From a virus (lineage: Duplodnaviria > Caudoviricetes), in IMG/VR virus record IMGVR_UViG_3300026549_000029, positions 96,001 through 160,000 of that record: a stretch of 64,000 nt of DNA; one strand, given 5' to 3'. Position numbers and translations under genes: made by a program. Under the pieces are notes generated by a model that did not search any database, was not told the DNA's origin, and was given only the letters and a program-made list of their open reading frames with translations. Shown here piece after piece: positions 40,729-51,226 of this stretch. Positions within the stretch are counted from its first letter, which is position 1; the number at the start of each line of letters is the position of its first letter.

Positions 40729-41381
40729 TGTATACATTTAAAATACAAAAAGATTATTATAATAATGGTGTAAAATTATATTTAAAAGACACTATTGAAA
40801 TTAAAGAAGGATTAACAGTATTAGTTGGATGTAATGGAAGTGGTAAAACTACTTTAATTAAACAAATGAAAAACCAATTAGAAGAAAATATAGATATAGA
40901 TATTATTGATTTTAATAATTTATCTCAAGGCGGTTCAAATAAATTATCTGAACTATTATATCGTGCTAATCAATTTAATAATAATATGGAAGAACTTGCT
41001 TTAAGAGCATTTGCTTCTGAAGGAGAAAGTATCTATTATAATATTGGAGATATAATTAGAAAAATTGGAAATACTATAAGATGTAGTAAAAAAGATATTA
41101 TATTTGTATTCTTTGATGCTATTGATTCTGGTCTATCTATAGATAATGCAGCTGAGGTTATTGATATCATTAAAAATCTTATTATTCCAGATGCACAAAG
41201 ATTTAATAAAGAAATTTATTTTATTATATCTACAAATAGTTATGAATTTGTAAGACATAATACAAGTGAATGTTTTGATATATATCATTGTGTATATAGA
41301 TCTTTTAGTGGATATGAAAGCTATAGAAAGTTTATATTAAATACAAAGAAAATAAAAGATAGGAGAGTTTATAAAGAATGA
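40728..41381 (+). CDS. ABC/AAA-type ATPase
   Basis: Walker A GCNGSGKTT, ASEGE signature, FFDAIDSGLS. Confidence 0.8.
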   Translation: MYTFKIQKDYYNNGVKLYLKDTIEIKEGLTVLVGCNGSGKTTLIKQMKNQLEENIDIDIIDFNNLSQGGSNKLSELLYRANQFNNNMEELALRAFASEGESIYYNIGDIIRKIGNTIRCSKKDIIFVFFDAIDSGLSIDNAAEVIDIIKNLIIPDAQRFNKEIYFIISTNSYEFVRHNTSECFDIYHCVYRSFSGYESYRKFILNTKKIKDRRVYKE

Positions 41382-43756
41382 GAGATATTATTATAGGTAA
41401 TATCTTAAATGATTTAAGACATGGAAGTCTTAAACTTGTATATGATAATAAACAATATCTTAATGATTATGCAATGATGTTGTATAATAAAACAGGATTA
41501 ACACAAGATGAACTATATGATTTTAGAGATATTATCTTAATTGCTAATATTACTTATAATGATACCGATAAAGAATTATTACCTATTGAAGATGGTTTTT
41601 ATGATTTACTTTTAGAAAAATATAAAAAATATGATCCAAATTTTCAAGTAGGGGCTGAAGTAATTAATTTTACATCATCTGAACCTATTATTACTAATGA
41701 AAACGGTGAAGTAATTAAACCTATGAGAGAGGCTATTACATTTGATCCTATTCCTAGTGAACAAGATAATCATTTTGTTAATAGTATTATCATAGATGAA
41801 AGAAAATATCTTGATGCTAGAGATTTCTTTGTACCTAATCCTTTAGGTGAAGCTTATATTACAAAGAGATTGCATGATACTTCTCATAATCATCCTGAAT
41901 TAGTAGGCACTCTAGATAAATGCAAGTTTGTATTAGATAGAGATGCTAAAACTAGAGGAGTTTATGAAGATTCTAATGTAAAAATTGTTGAAAGAGATTT
42001 TATTATGGATCATATTAATAAAGGAATTATTAATCCTAATATGATCTTTGATATGGTTTTAGAATTAAAATATGATGGTATTTCTGTTGAAGCTGATTGT
42101 ACAGATGAAATAGTATCTGCAAGATCTAGAGGCGATACTGGTATAGGTAAAGCTTCTGATCTTACACCAATATTAAAAGGATATAAGTTCCCTCATAGAA
42201 CTCCTAATAGTCCTATGATTGGAGTTAAATTTGAAGCAATAATCACACAATATGATTTACCTTTCTTTAATGCAGCTAAAGGATATGAATATAAGAATTG
42301 TAGATCTGCTATAGTTGGATTATTTTCTTCTTCTGATGCTTGGAAGTATAGAGATTTTATAACTCTTGTACCTTTAGCAGTTGAAGAAAATGTATATAAA
42401 ACTATATGTCATTCAGATAGAGTAGAAGAAATAGACTTTTTAAATAAAGAATTTATTTCTAAAGGATGCCCTTTAAGATCCGTAATGATAAGAGGAAATT
42501 ATCTAGAAAATCTTGTTTGGATTAATATGTTTACACAGAATGCTGAATCTTCTAGAGCTTGGGTACCATTTATGTACGATGGTATTGTAGTATCTTATAG
42601 AGATGAAGCTATTAGACAGACTTTAGGAAGAGAAAATTTTATTAATAAATATTCTATAGCAGTAAAGTTTAATCCTCTCAGAAAAGAAACTATATTTAGA
42701 GGATATACCTATACTGTGGGTCAAGATGGTTCTATTACTCCAATGATTCATTATGATCCTGTAGAATTTTATGGAACTATCCATCCTAAATCTTCTGGTC
42801 ATTCTTATGCTAGATTTAAAGAATTGAATTTACATATTGGAGACATGTTAGCTATAGAATATGTCAATGATGTTATGCCATATGTATATAAACCTTTTAA
42901 TGATTATAATTTAGATAATGAAAAAGTTATGCCTGCTGAAGTATTTCCTACTAATTGTCCTGTTTGTGGTGGACCTATTGAAATATCTGAATCTGGTAAG
43001 TCTGCTAAATGCGTAAATCCTAATTGTGGTGGTAGACAGTTATCTCGTATGGTAAATATGTTTGCTAAGTTAGGATTAGAAGGTTTTGGAGAAGCTACAG
43101 TACAACAGTTAGGCTATTATCATCTTAAGGATTTATTAGAAGAGATGATAGAACAAGGAGATGGAGCAGCTAAATTTATTCATAAAGGGTTTGGCCCTAT
43201 AGAAGCTATGAATATAGCTAATCAATTAATAGGATTATTGACTAATCCCATTACAGATGCTAAACTTTTGGGAGCTATTGGTTTTACAGGTATATCTACT
43301 AAAACTTGGGAAACTATATTAGCTAAAATTAGTTATTCTAAATTAAAAGAATTATTTACAATGATAGATCCAGGAAAATTCTATTATAAGAAAGGCATAG
43401 AATTTATGTCATCTATCAAAGGTATCGGTCCATCTACTGCAGATACCATAGCAAGAGAGTTCAAATATTTTTATAAAGATATTGATTATATGATTCAGCA
43501 TGGTAATGTTATAGAATATATTCCAGTACAAGGAAAAATTATAAAATTATCTGGTACTAGAGATAAGAATTTAGTTAAGTTCTTAACTGATAATGGATTT
43601 ATTGTAGATTTTAATAGAACTATAACTAAAGATGTAGCTTATGTTGTTGTACCTCATCCTGGTTTTACTAGTTTTAAAACTAAGATGGCTAATGATTATA
43701 ATATTCCTGTAGTACCTATGGAAGATATTATGAATAATATTGAAAGATATAAATAA
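41378..43756 (+). CDS. ligA: NAD-dependent DNA ligase
   Basis: ELKYDG, SRGD, YDGIV, AVKF, OB fold, CPVCG...C...C zinc finger, HhH (KGIGP), BRCT-like C-terminus. Confidence 0.92.
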   Translation: MRDIIIGNILNDLRHGSLKLVYDNKQYLNDYAMMLYNKTGLTQDELYDFRDIILIANITYNDTDKELLPIEDGFYDLLLEKYKKYDPNFQVGAEVINFTSSEPIITNENGEVIKPMREAITFDPIPSEQDNHFVNSIIIDERKYLDARDFFVPNPLGEAYITKRLHDTSHNHPELVGTLDKCKFVLDRDAKTRGVYEDSNVKIVERDFIMDHINKGIINPNMIFDMVLELKYDGISVEADCTDEIVSARSRGDTGIGKASDLTPILKGYKFPHRTPNSPMIGVKFEAIITQYDLPFFNAAKGYEYKNCRSAIVGLFSSSDAWKYRDFITLVPLAVEENVYKTICHSDRVEEIDFLNKEFISKGCPLRSVMIRGNYLENLVWINMFTQNAESSRAWVPFMYDGIVVSYRDEAIRQTLGRENFINKYSIAVKFNPLRKETIFRGYTYTVGQDGSITPMIHYDPVEFYGTIHPKSSGHSYARFKELNLHIGDMLAIEYVNDVMPYVYKPFNDYNLDNEKVMPAEVFPTNCPVCGGPIEISESGKSAKCVNPNCGGRQLSRMVNMFAKLGLEGFGEATVQQLGYYHLKDLLEEMIEQGDGAAKFIHKGFGPIEAMNIANQLIGLLTNPITDAKLLGAIGFTGISTKTWETILAKISYSKLKELFTMIDPGKFYYKKGIEFMSSIKGIGPSTADTIAREFKYFYKDIDYMIQHGNVIEYIPVQGKIIKLSGTRDKNLVKFLTDNGFIVDFNRTITKDVAYVVVPHPGFTSFKTKMANDYNIPVVPMEDIMNNIERYK

Positions 43757-43767
43757 AGGAGGTATAT

Positions 43768-44496
43768 ATGCCAGCAGTAGAAGAAACAGTTGAATATTTA
43801 TGTTTAGAAAATAAGTTTTTTGATAAGACTCCTAATGCAAGAATAACTGTCAATTTTGATTATGAAATTGATCAGCTTGCTAAATGCTTAGAGTCAGAAG
43901 GAGTACCTGTTAATAAATATGAAGCAATGCAGCTTCTTGATGTTTATATTAGATCTCTTTGTGGTATTATTAATATGACTCCTCTTACTGATAATATTAA
44001 TGTAATTAAACAGCTTAATGTTATTATTGGTAGTGAAGATTTTCCTGAAGTTACTGGTGATAAGATTGAGAAGATGTCTCAGATGATTACTACTATTAAT
44101 GAGTATTCATTTGTTAAATTTACTAATAATACTCTAAAGAATATTTTATCTCATATTGAGATTGTATTTAAAGAGTGTAATACTTTTATTAGTGAACTTA
44201 AAGCTATTCTGTATAGAATTTATACAAGTTATGGCTCTGATGCTGGTATTGATAATATTTTAGGTATTGTAGAAATTGATACTAGATTCATCAGTTTTAG
44301 ATTTACTTCTAATTATCCTGAGAATGTTATTTATACAGATAACTATGCTTTTAATATTGTATCTAATATGATTTCTTATCCTAGATTTTTCCAGGAGAGA
44401 GTATCTGTTATTGGAGATACATTTAGTCCTGATGATAAAAAGTTTAAAGAGTTTAGAGAGAAATTAGAAAAAACAACAGAATTTAAGAAAGAGTAA
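43768..44496 (+). CDS. Hypothetical protein
   Basis: RBS AAGGAGG. Confidence 0.75.
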   Translation: MPAVEETVEYLCLENKFFDKTPNARITVNFDYEIDQLAKCLESEGVPVNKYEAMQLLDVYIRSLCGIINMTPLTDNINVIKQLNVIIGSEDFPEVTGDKIEKMSQMITTINEYSFVKFTNNTLKNILSHIEIVFKECNTFISELKAILYRIYTSYGSDAGIDNILGIVEIDTRFISFRFTSNYPENVIYTDNYAFNIVSNMISYPRFFQERVSVIGDTFSPDDKKFKEFREKLEKTTEFKKE

Positions 44497-44606
44497 AAAT
44501 AAAAGTTTATAAAATTAAAAACAATAAAGTATTATAAAAATGATACCTATATAAAAGGGTTATCTTTTTATGTATAACTTTTTAATTCGAAAGGAGAAAA
44601 CACAAC

Positions 44607-45215
44607 ATGGAAACAAAATTTAAAGAAACTAATATTCCTGCAGATTTTAGCAGAGCATTGGCTAAGCAGTCTATGCTTCTTGGACCACAGCATGCTTATA
44701 GAATTGCAACTGTTCTGTTTACTGGTGTTTCTCAGTATCTTGCAACAGTTAAAAATCGTCAGATTCCAAAGGGAATTATTATTAAGTCTATCAGTAATGA
44801 ATTTCTTGCAGGAGCAAAAGTTGAATATTTTGCAAATGAAGCAGATCCTACAAATCCTTCTGCAGGTAGATGGGATTATACCTGGACTTGTTATGAAGAT
44901 GATATGAAGGGAGTAGATACTGTAGACTTCTCTGGAAATTCTGCAATTTTGATCTATTTCACAGGAGCAGCACAGCAGCTTTATAATATGAAATTTATGG
45001 GCATTGATGTGTGTGTAGCTTCTATTGTTACTATTCTTGAAATGATTATCAACTGGGTTAAGGATAATACTTCTCAGACAGATCCTGCAGTTCTTGTTCT
45101 TGAGAATTGCTTTAAGGCTATTGGTAAAGTTGAAAATGGTAAGCTTGAAATCGGTATCATTCCTGATGGAGCTATGAAAGTTCTTATTAAGGATGATGCT
45201 GCTATTCAGGAATAA
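44607..45215 (+). CDS. Hypothetical protein
   Basis: RBS AAGGAG; late-type promoter at 44520. Confidence 0.75.
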   Translation: METKFKETNIPADFSRALAKQSMLLGPQHAYRIATVLFTGVSQYLATVKNRQIPKGIIIKSISNEFLAGAKVEYFANEADPTNPSAGRWDYTWTCYEDDMKGVDTVDFSGNSAILIYFTGAAQQLYNMKFMGIDVCVASIVTILEMIINWVKDNTSQTDPAVLVLENCFKAIGKVENGKLEIGIIPDGAMKVLIKDDAAIQE

Positions 45216-45307
45216 TATATCAAAATATGATATATTACATATAAGGGGTGGATACCAATCCATCCCTTATATTTTTCTTTATATTGATAAAGGAAAGGAC
45301 TTAAGAT

Positions 45308-45976
45308 ATGCAATATCGAAATGCTCCTATTGATGGTAAAGTAATGGATGTCATTACTGAAGATGAATATAGAAGTAAGTATAATTTATATTCAGATAAT
45401 CCATCTATTTGTTCGATGACTGCCATAGAAGTTCAGAATTCAAATCAATCATATTTATTACCTTTTAGGGGTAAATCTGATGATAGACCTGGTATTTATG
45501 TAGATGGTCATATTTATTTTGTAAAATATCCATCATCAGAAGAAGAAGAGTTATCTTATAATAAGAGAAATGTCGAAGTAGTAGATTTCTCTAATGTAAA
45601 TAATATAAATGATTTTCTGAATAAGAATGATCAAGTCAGAGAAATGGAGAATCTTTCATTATCTGATTCTGATGAGATATTTACACCTTCATTTAGTGGA
45701 AAAGAAAGTGAAGCAATGAAAGCTTTTAAACAAGCTATTGCTGCTAAGCATATGGATATTGATAGATATTCTACTAGATTTGGTGAAAATTATCTCAATG
45801 ATAAAAGAATTCTAAAAGGTGATGATATCACTATGAATAAGTTAGTTTCTATATGTAATAAATTTGATATAGAAGCTAAATTAGTATTAAGTGATAAACA
45901 TCCTGATGTAGCTAATCCCATGGGTACTGTTATAGAAACTATATTAACAGATAAGCATATAGCTGAGGAGGATTGA
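45308..45976 (+). CDS. Conserved jumbo-phage protein with C-terminal HTH-like region
   Basis: ITMNKLVSICNKFD; directly upstream of the RNAP beta N gene. Confidence 0.6.
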   Translation: MQYRNAPIDGKVMDVITEDEYRSKYNLYSDNPSICSMTAIEVQNSNQSYLLPFRGKSDDRPGIYVDGHIYFVKYPSSEEEELSYNKRNVEVVDFSNVNNINDFLNKNDQVREMENLSLSDSDEIFTPSFSGKESEAMKAFKQAIAAKHMDIDRYSTRFGENYLNDKRILKGDDITMNKLVSICNKFDIEAKLVLSDKHPDVANPMGTVIETILTDKHIAEED

Positions 45977-45977
45977 A

Positions 45978-47927
45978 GTGGATCAAAACTTCTCTTTTAA
46001 TTATCAACAAATTCCTATGCCAGAAAATAGAGATCCTTATTCTGGTAATATTGGAAGTATGATGGTATCTCCTAGTGATAAACCATCTATTGATAAATTT
46101 ATGTATAAATTTAATAAAGAAAATAGAGCTCCATTTAATGATTATTGGTTTCAAAGAAATGATGAAGATCTTATTGAAGGAATGAAACAAGTAATCTTAT
46201 CCTGTCAAAGAGATAAATACTTTGTATTGAAAGTATTGAACTTTGAAACTATTAAAGATTATAATGAAATTAATAGAGCTCTCTATGAATACTATTCTGC
46301 TAAAACTAAGAATGGTAAAAAGATTGATAATAATTATGAGTATATTAATCTTAGAGATTCAGATATAATGTTACTTAAAGTAATTTATTATGTCAAATTA
46401 AATGTACCAGAGAATAAGATCAGAATTGATTCTAAAACTGGAGAATTAGAAAAGAGTGAAGGGATTGTAAATGTATTAATAGCATTACCAAGATATGTAG
46501 ATAAGTATTATTTTAGAATTCTTGGTAATTATTATAATCCTATATTCCAGATTGTAGATGGAAGCACTTATAATAATTCTACATCTAATAGTAAGACTCA
46601 ATCTATTACTTTAAAGACACAGTTTATGCCTATTAAAGTATACAAAGAGTATTATGATTTAGTAGACATTTGTGATAAAGAATCTCATAGATGTGTATTA
46701 TTTGCAAGCTATGTGTTTACTAAGAAAACAGATACAATGAAATTTATTTTAGGACGTTATGGCTTATATGGAACCCTTGAAATGCTGGAATTAGAAGGTA
46801 TTTATGTATTTCCGTATGAGAACCATCAGGTATTAGATCCTAAAACTTATTATAATTTTGCGGATAAACATAATAAGATAATTGTATCTGTAGTAAAGAG
46901 ATTATTTGATAAAGATAATGTAACACAATCTTTTTGTTATACAATTTTAAAGAGTGTTAAAAAGCTTAATAAATTTAATGATATATTTGATCCAAGATAT
47001 TGGAATAAAATATTAGGAGCAGATTTTCAATCTGCCACTTTAGATAAAGGGATTCCTGTACTTGATTCTTTGGAAAGCATTTATGATTTGAAAACTAAAC
47101 ATTCTATAAGATTGCCATTAGAAGATAAAGCTGATACTTATTGCATTCTTAGATGGATGATGAGAGAGTTCTCTTATTTAAAACAAAGAGATAATATTGA
47201 TATATCTACTAAACATCCAAGAAAAGCAGATGAATATCTTCCTGCTATCTATGCTAAGAAAATTTCTACTGGTATTTATAGAATTTCTGACAAAGGAAAA
47301 AATATTACCTTTAAAGATGTGACAAGAGTAATTGATACAGCACCAGATTATATACTTAAGTCTATTAACTCTGCTAACTTAGTAGATTATGTAGATCTTG
47401 TAAATGATAATGATGCTGAATTGGCTTTAGCTTATACTTATAAAGGAATTTCTGGTCTTGGAGATCAGGGAAATGGTACAGCAGTACCTATTATCTATAG
47501 AAGTGTACATCCTTCTCATTTAGGTAGAGTAGATTTAGACTCTTCTTCTAATTCAGATCCTGGTTTATCTGGAATGATTTGTCCTATGGCAAAAGTATAT
47601 GATGGTTCTTTTTCTGATTATAAAGAACCTAATGAATGGAGGAACTTTTATAAAGAGACATTACAAGAATTAAATAGTCTTTATGGTATAAAGCAAGCTA
47701 TAGAATTAAAGAAAACTCTTGGATTATCATATGATTATGTAAAAGAAGATATGGTAAGAGAGACTATAGAAACATATCATAGATTAATTCCTCTTGTTAT
47801 TGATATTGAAGGTAAGAAAGATTATACTTTAGGTGCTGTTATGGATATAGAGGAACAAGTACTTGTAGAATCTGATTCTGAAGATGGTGTAGGAGAAATT
47901 ACTACAACTATGGAAAGAATAACCTGA
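45978..47927 (+). CDS. Phage RNA polymerase beta subunit, N-terminal part (phiKZ gp123-like)
   Basis: YFRILGN.Y.PIFQ, YRSVHPSHLGRVDLDSSSNSDPGLSG.ICP; GTG start after GAGGAGG. Confidence 0.88.
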   Translation: MDQNFSFNYQQIPMPENRDPYSGNIGSMMVSPSDKPSIDKFMYKFNKENRAPFNDYWFQRNDEDLIEGMKQVILSCQRDKYFVLKVLNFETIKDYNEINRALYEYYSAKTKNGKKIDNNYEYINLRDSDIMLLKVIYYVKLNVPENKIRIDSKTGELEKSEGIVNVLIALPRYVDKYYFRILGNYYNPIFQIVDGSTYNNSTSNSKTQSITLKTQFMPIKVYKEYYDLVDICDKESHRCVLFASYVFTKKTDTMKFILGRYGLYGTLEMLELEGIYVFPYENHQVLDPKTYYNFADKHNKIIVSVVKRLFDKDNVTQSFCYTILKSVKKLNKFNDIFDPRYWNKILGADFQSATLDKGIPVLDSLESIYDLKTKHSIRLPLEDKADTYCILRWMMREFSYLKQRDNIDISTKHPRKADEYLPAIYAKKISTGIYRISDKGKNITFKDVTRVIDTAPDYILKSINSANLVDYVDLVNDNDAELALAYTYKGISGLGDQGNGTAVPIIYRSVHPSHLGRVDLDSSSNSDPGLSGMICPMAKVYDGSFSDYKEPNEWRNFYKETLQELNSLYGIKQAIELKKTLGLSYDYVKEDMVRETIETYHRLIPLVIDIEGKKDYTLGAVMDIEEQVLVESDSEDGVGEITTTMERIT

Positions 47928-47958
47928 CTTATTAATAATATCAAAGGAGATTATTAAT

Positions 47959-48210
47959 ATGCTCATTAATAGTTTAAGAAATAAAGATATCTATGTGTAC
48001 TTTTTATATTCAGACCAGCAATTTAAAGAAAGAACAGCTGTAGAAAAGAAGATGTCTAGAATCTTTGTTCCTGGTACTGTAATTATAAATGGAAGAAAGA
48101 GAAATTTTACAGAAATGTCAAAGAAATCTTCTAATAGATATCCTGATTGTAAAGTTATAGCAGAAGGATATAAATCCAAGATGACATATACTCCTGTTTC
48201 TAACAGATAA
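47959..48210 (+). CDS. Small basic hypothetical protein
   Basis: RBS AAGGAG. Confidence 0.7.
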   Translation: MLINSLRNKDIYVYFLYSDQQFKERTAVEKKMSRIFVPGTVIINGRKRNFTEMSKKSSNRYPDCKVIAEGYKSKMTYTPVSNR

Positions 48211-48224
48211 GGAGATGATATATT

Positions 48225-48968
48225 ATGGCTCATATTTTTGAAATTATGTCTATAGTGACAAGTCAAATTAATATTTTAACTGATTACTATGGATCTTCTG
48301 GAAGAAATTCTATAAGAAAACTCCCTACTATTCCTGAACATATTTATGCTGCAATAGATAGATATCTCATAAGACATAATGATATAATCTATGATAAAAA
48401 TCTTCCTATTAGTACTAAAGTTTGTACTTCAACTAATTGTGAAGATGTATTTACCAATATCTATGTTTGTGTAATCAATAATATTACAAAACCTATTATT
48501 GATAAGATGACTATTTATGTAGATCATAAAGATCAAAGAGGACCTGGTATTGGTATTTTTGTAGGAATACCAAAGGTAGCATTTAATCAGGATTATAATG
48601 CTCCAGATTCTTCTCAATTATTAAGAGATATTTATATGAGTATTCTTGAATTAGATGAAGATATGCAATATAAACCAGGTATTGATATAATTAGAGTAGC
48701 TAATGATAAGCGTATTGAAATTCACAGTTATGACATTCAGATGAATTATGTTGCATTATGCTTTATGAATGTTATAATGAGAAATTGGTTTGGGAATAAT
48801 ACAAAAGATATAGAGGAATATACTTTATGCTCTTTTGGCAATAATGAATTACCAGAAGAAAAAAGAAAGAAAGTTATTGATATCATAAATAAATTTGGAA
48901 CAAGTATATCTACAGTAAGAGATTCCATAGAAAAAGGAACTCTTATGAAAGCTATTTCTGAAGAATAA
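48225..48968 (+). CDS. Hypothetical protein
   Basis: RBS AAGGAG. Confidence 0.7.
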   Translation: MAHIFEIMSIVTSQINILTDYYGSSGRNSIRKLPTIPEHIYAAIDRYLIRHNDIIYDKNLPISTKVCTSTNCEDVFTNIYVCVINNITKPIIDKMTIYVDHKDQRGPGIGIFVGIPKVAFNQDYNAPDSSQLLRDIYMSILELDEDMQYKPGIDIIRVANDKRIEIHSYDIQMNYVALCFMNVIMRNWFGNNTKDIEEYTLCSFGNNELPEEKRKKVIDIINKFGTSISTVRDSIEKGTLMKAISEE

Positions 48969-49043
48969 GAAAATATTATATTGGTAGAGTAGGATTTAAC
49001 TACTCTACCAATATATTTATAATATTATTTTTCGGAGAATTAT

Positions 49044-49340
49044 ATGGAAAATATAGCATCTACTGGCATAGATAAATTAAAAAATGAAAAACCAATAGAA
49101 GCTCTTTATTTTTTAGATAATACATGTCCAAAATGTGGTGATAAACTAGAATTAATAACAAGAAAATTGGATAATATTAATATAGCTATAAGATATGAAT
49201 GTAAAAAATGTGGTTATATTTGTCCAATAAAATATGATATGAAAGACTCTATATGTGATAAAGATAAATTTAATATGCCAAAATATAGTCCATTATATGA
49301 TAGAAGTATTTATGAATTTATAAAATATTTTGGAGAATAA
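49044..49340 (+). CDS. Zinc-ribbon protein
   Basis: CPKCG...CKKCG. Confidence 0.7.
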   Translation: MENIASTGIDKLKNEKPIEALYFLDNTCPKCGDKLELITRKLDNINIAIRYECKKCGYICPIKYDMKDSICDKDKFNMPKYSPLYDRSIYEFIKYFGE

Positions 49341-49341
49341 A

Positions 49342-50091
49342 ATGGAAGAATATATTAGTATAACTGAATTATTAAATAGAATAAAAAAGCAAAGAAAGAT
49401 TGTTTTAGAATTGGACCATAAATATTTAGATCCAGATGAATTTAAAAAATCAAAATCTTTGTTTTCACTATATAATCCTTCTAGAGATGTAACAGTTAAT
49501 GGTATAAATATAGATAAATCTAAATTTGATATAATAAAACAATTTGAATCTATTACAAGTAATATAAATATTCTTAGACATTTACTTATTATTAAAGAAC
49601 AAGTTAATTCTACTTTTAAACTTGTTGTACCTGATATTTTATTAGGAGATACTAAAAATACTGCTTTATCACTTGCTCAAATATTAGTATTGAAATCTCC
49701 ATTGGTAAAAGAATATTATTTAAAATTTGCTGAAAGACTAAAAAGTGACATTAATAATTTACAAGAAACATTAGATGTTTATAATTCTAATACATTATCA
49801 GATGAAAAAATTAATGCTTATGTATTAGCTAAATTGAATTCTTTAAAAATAAATTTAGATTATAAATCTATTGCTAATTTATGTAGTTTACCAGAATATA
49901 ATTCCTTTGCAAAAGAATATATAGATGCTAATAAATTAGAAATAATAGATCCATTAAATTTACAAACTGAAAGTGCTAAATATATAAATAATATTTATAA
50001 TTTTTATGATATTATAGATCTTAAATTATTAGAATTTAATTCTAGTACTAAAATTTGGATAAATATTGATAATGGTACATGGAGAAGTTGA
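49342..50091 (+). CDS. DUF6847/DIP1984-like coiled-coil protein
   Basis: ISITELL..IK N-terminus, internal LSLAQIL..K, C-terminal IIDPLNL...IDLKLLEFNSSTKI. Confidence 0.55.
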   Translation: MEEYISITELLNRIKKQRKIVLELDHKYLDPDEFKKSKSLFSLYNPSRDVTVNGINIDKSKFDIIKQFESITSNINILRHLLIIKEQVNSTFKLVVPDILLGDTKNTALSLAQILVLKSPLVKEYYLKFAERLKSDINNLQETLDVYNSNTLSDEKINAYVLAKLNSLKINLDYKSIANLCSLPEYNSFAKEYIDANKLEIIDPLNLQTESAKYINNIYNFYDIIDLKLLEFNSSTKIWINIDNGTWRS

Positions 50092-50320
50092 TATTAGATC
50101 TTAAGAAGACTAGATCAATAAAAATGCTAAAGGTAATATTAGGTTCTTTTATAAAAAATAAAGGGCTGCGAGTATATTACCAATATCTTAATACCAGGAA
50201 CATAGGTTTGTAAATATATATTGATCTTCTTTTCCACATAATTTATAAAAATAGACTAACTTGTATTATGATGGTTATAGCATTCCATAATATTGATCTA
50301 AGAACTTAAGATTTTAATAT
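50091..50320 (+). ncRNA. Candidate structured ncRNA C (about 230 nt, multibranched)
   Basis: Four stacked long-range stems close a junction with two further paired arms; followed by a separate terminator. Confidence 0.6.
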
Positions 50321-50324
50321 ATTT

Positions 50325-50355
50325 GAGTAGGGGAGAAATCCCCTACTCTATTTTA
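50325..50355 (+). terminator. Rho-independent terminator
   Basis: gagtagggga-gaaa-tcccctactc followed by T tract. Confidence 0.85.
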
Positions 50356-50432
50356 TATTTAAAATATATTTTTAATAAGATATTATAATAATGAAACTAT
50401 AAATAATTTTATAATATAAAGGAGAAATAAAA

Positions 50433-51173
50433 ATGATTAAAGTTAATATTGATTCTAAAATTTTATGGGAAAATTATAATGAATATACAAAAATGCTTTC
50501 AACATTTGATAGTGATTATAAAGGCTATAAAAGAGAAGATGCATTTATAGATTATTTACTTAAAGATATATCCTATAATAATTTTCAAATATTATGTACA
50601 GAATTTTTTAGAAGAAGTATTCGATACATAGATGCTGAAGAACGTAATTTTATTTATAGAATAACGAGAATATTAAATATTCATGCAGAAATGATATTAA
50701 ATACAACATTTTCTAGATTAATAAGTATTATTTGGACAAATAAAAGAAACAGTAGTGGAATTAAAGATAATAAAAATTTTGATATTTATACATTATTTAC
50801 AAAAACAACTCCAATTGATACCAATATTGAAGCTGCTACAATATCAGCATTTACCATGATTTTGGAATTTAAAAATAAAGTTATAATTCCAAATAATATT
50901 GATAATATAGATTTAAATACAATATTTAATATTATAACTTTTAACAGTATGTATATGGCTAATAATATAGATGTGATATATAATGAAAAAGGACAATTTA
51001 GTTTTATTAAAAATCTTAAAGAAAAATTTACTGAGAAAGATGAATTAGAATTACAAAAATTTTTAGAAAAAGAAAGAAAGACCCATATTGAAGTATGGAA
51101 TAAATTTGTAAAGACAATTATAGATAGAGAATATGATAAAGGTTATGCAATTTTAAAAGATAATATTTTTTAA
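50433..51173 (+). CDS. Hypothetical early protein, paralog of the next gene
   Basis: Shared Y.LFT...P..T and E..THI..W.KF.....R.Y motifs. Confidence 0.7.
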   Translation: MIKVNIDSKILWENYNEYTKMLSTFDSDYKGYKREDAFIDYLLKDISYNNFQILCTEFFRRSIRYIDAEERNFIYRITRILNIHAEMILNTTFSRLISIIWTNKRNSSGIKDNKNFDIYTLFTKTTPIDTNIEAATISAFTMILEFKNKVIIPNNIDNIDLNTIFNIITFNSMYMANNIDVIYNEKGQFSFIKNLKEKFTEKDELELQKFLEKERKTHIEVWNKFVKTIIDREYDKGYAILKDNIF

Positions 51174-51226
51174 ATTATTATAATGATAAAATTATTAAAA
51201 TAATTATGTATAAAGGAGAAATAAAA

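Noticed and set aside
44568-45263. Long antisense and alternate-frame ORFs (e.g. 44568..45263, 16081..16665, 20585..21103, 2519..2917)
   Set aside because: Shadows of real genes caused by codon bias; no RBS and implausible composition
36837-47927. Inteins or introns in the RNAP subunits or ligase
   Set aside because: ORFs are continuous and of expected size, with no intein C...HN junctions or group I cores seen
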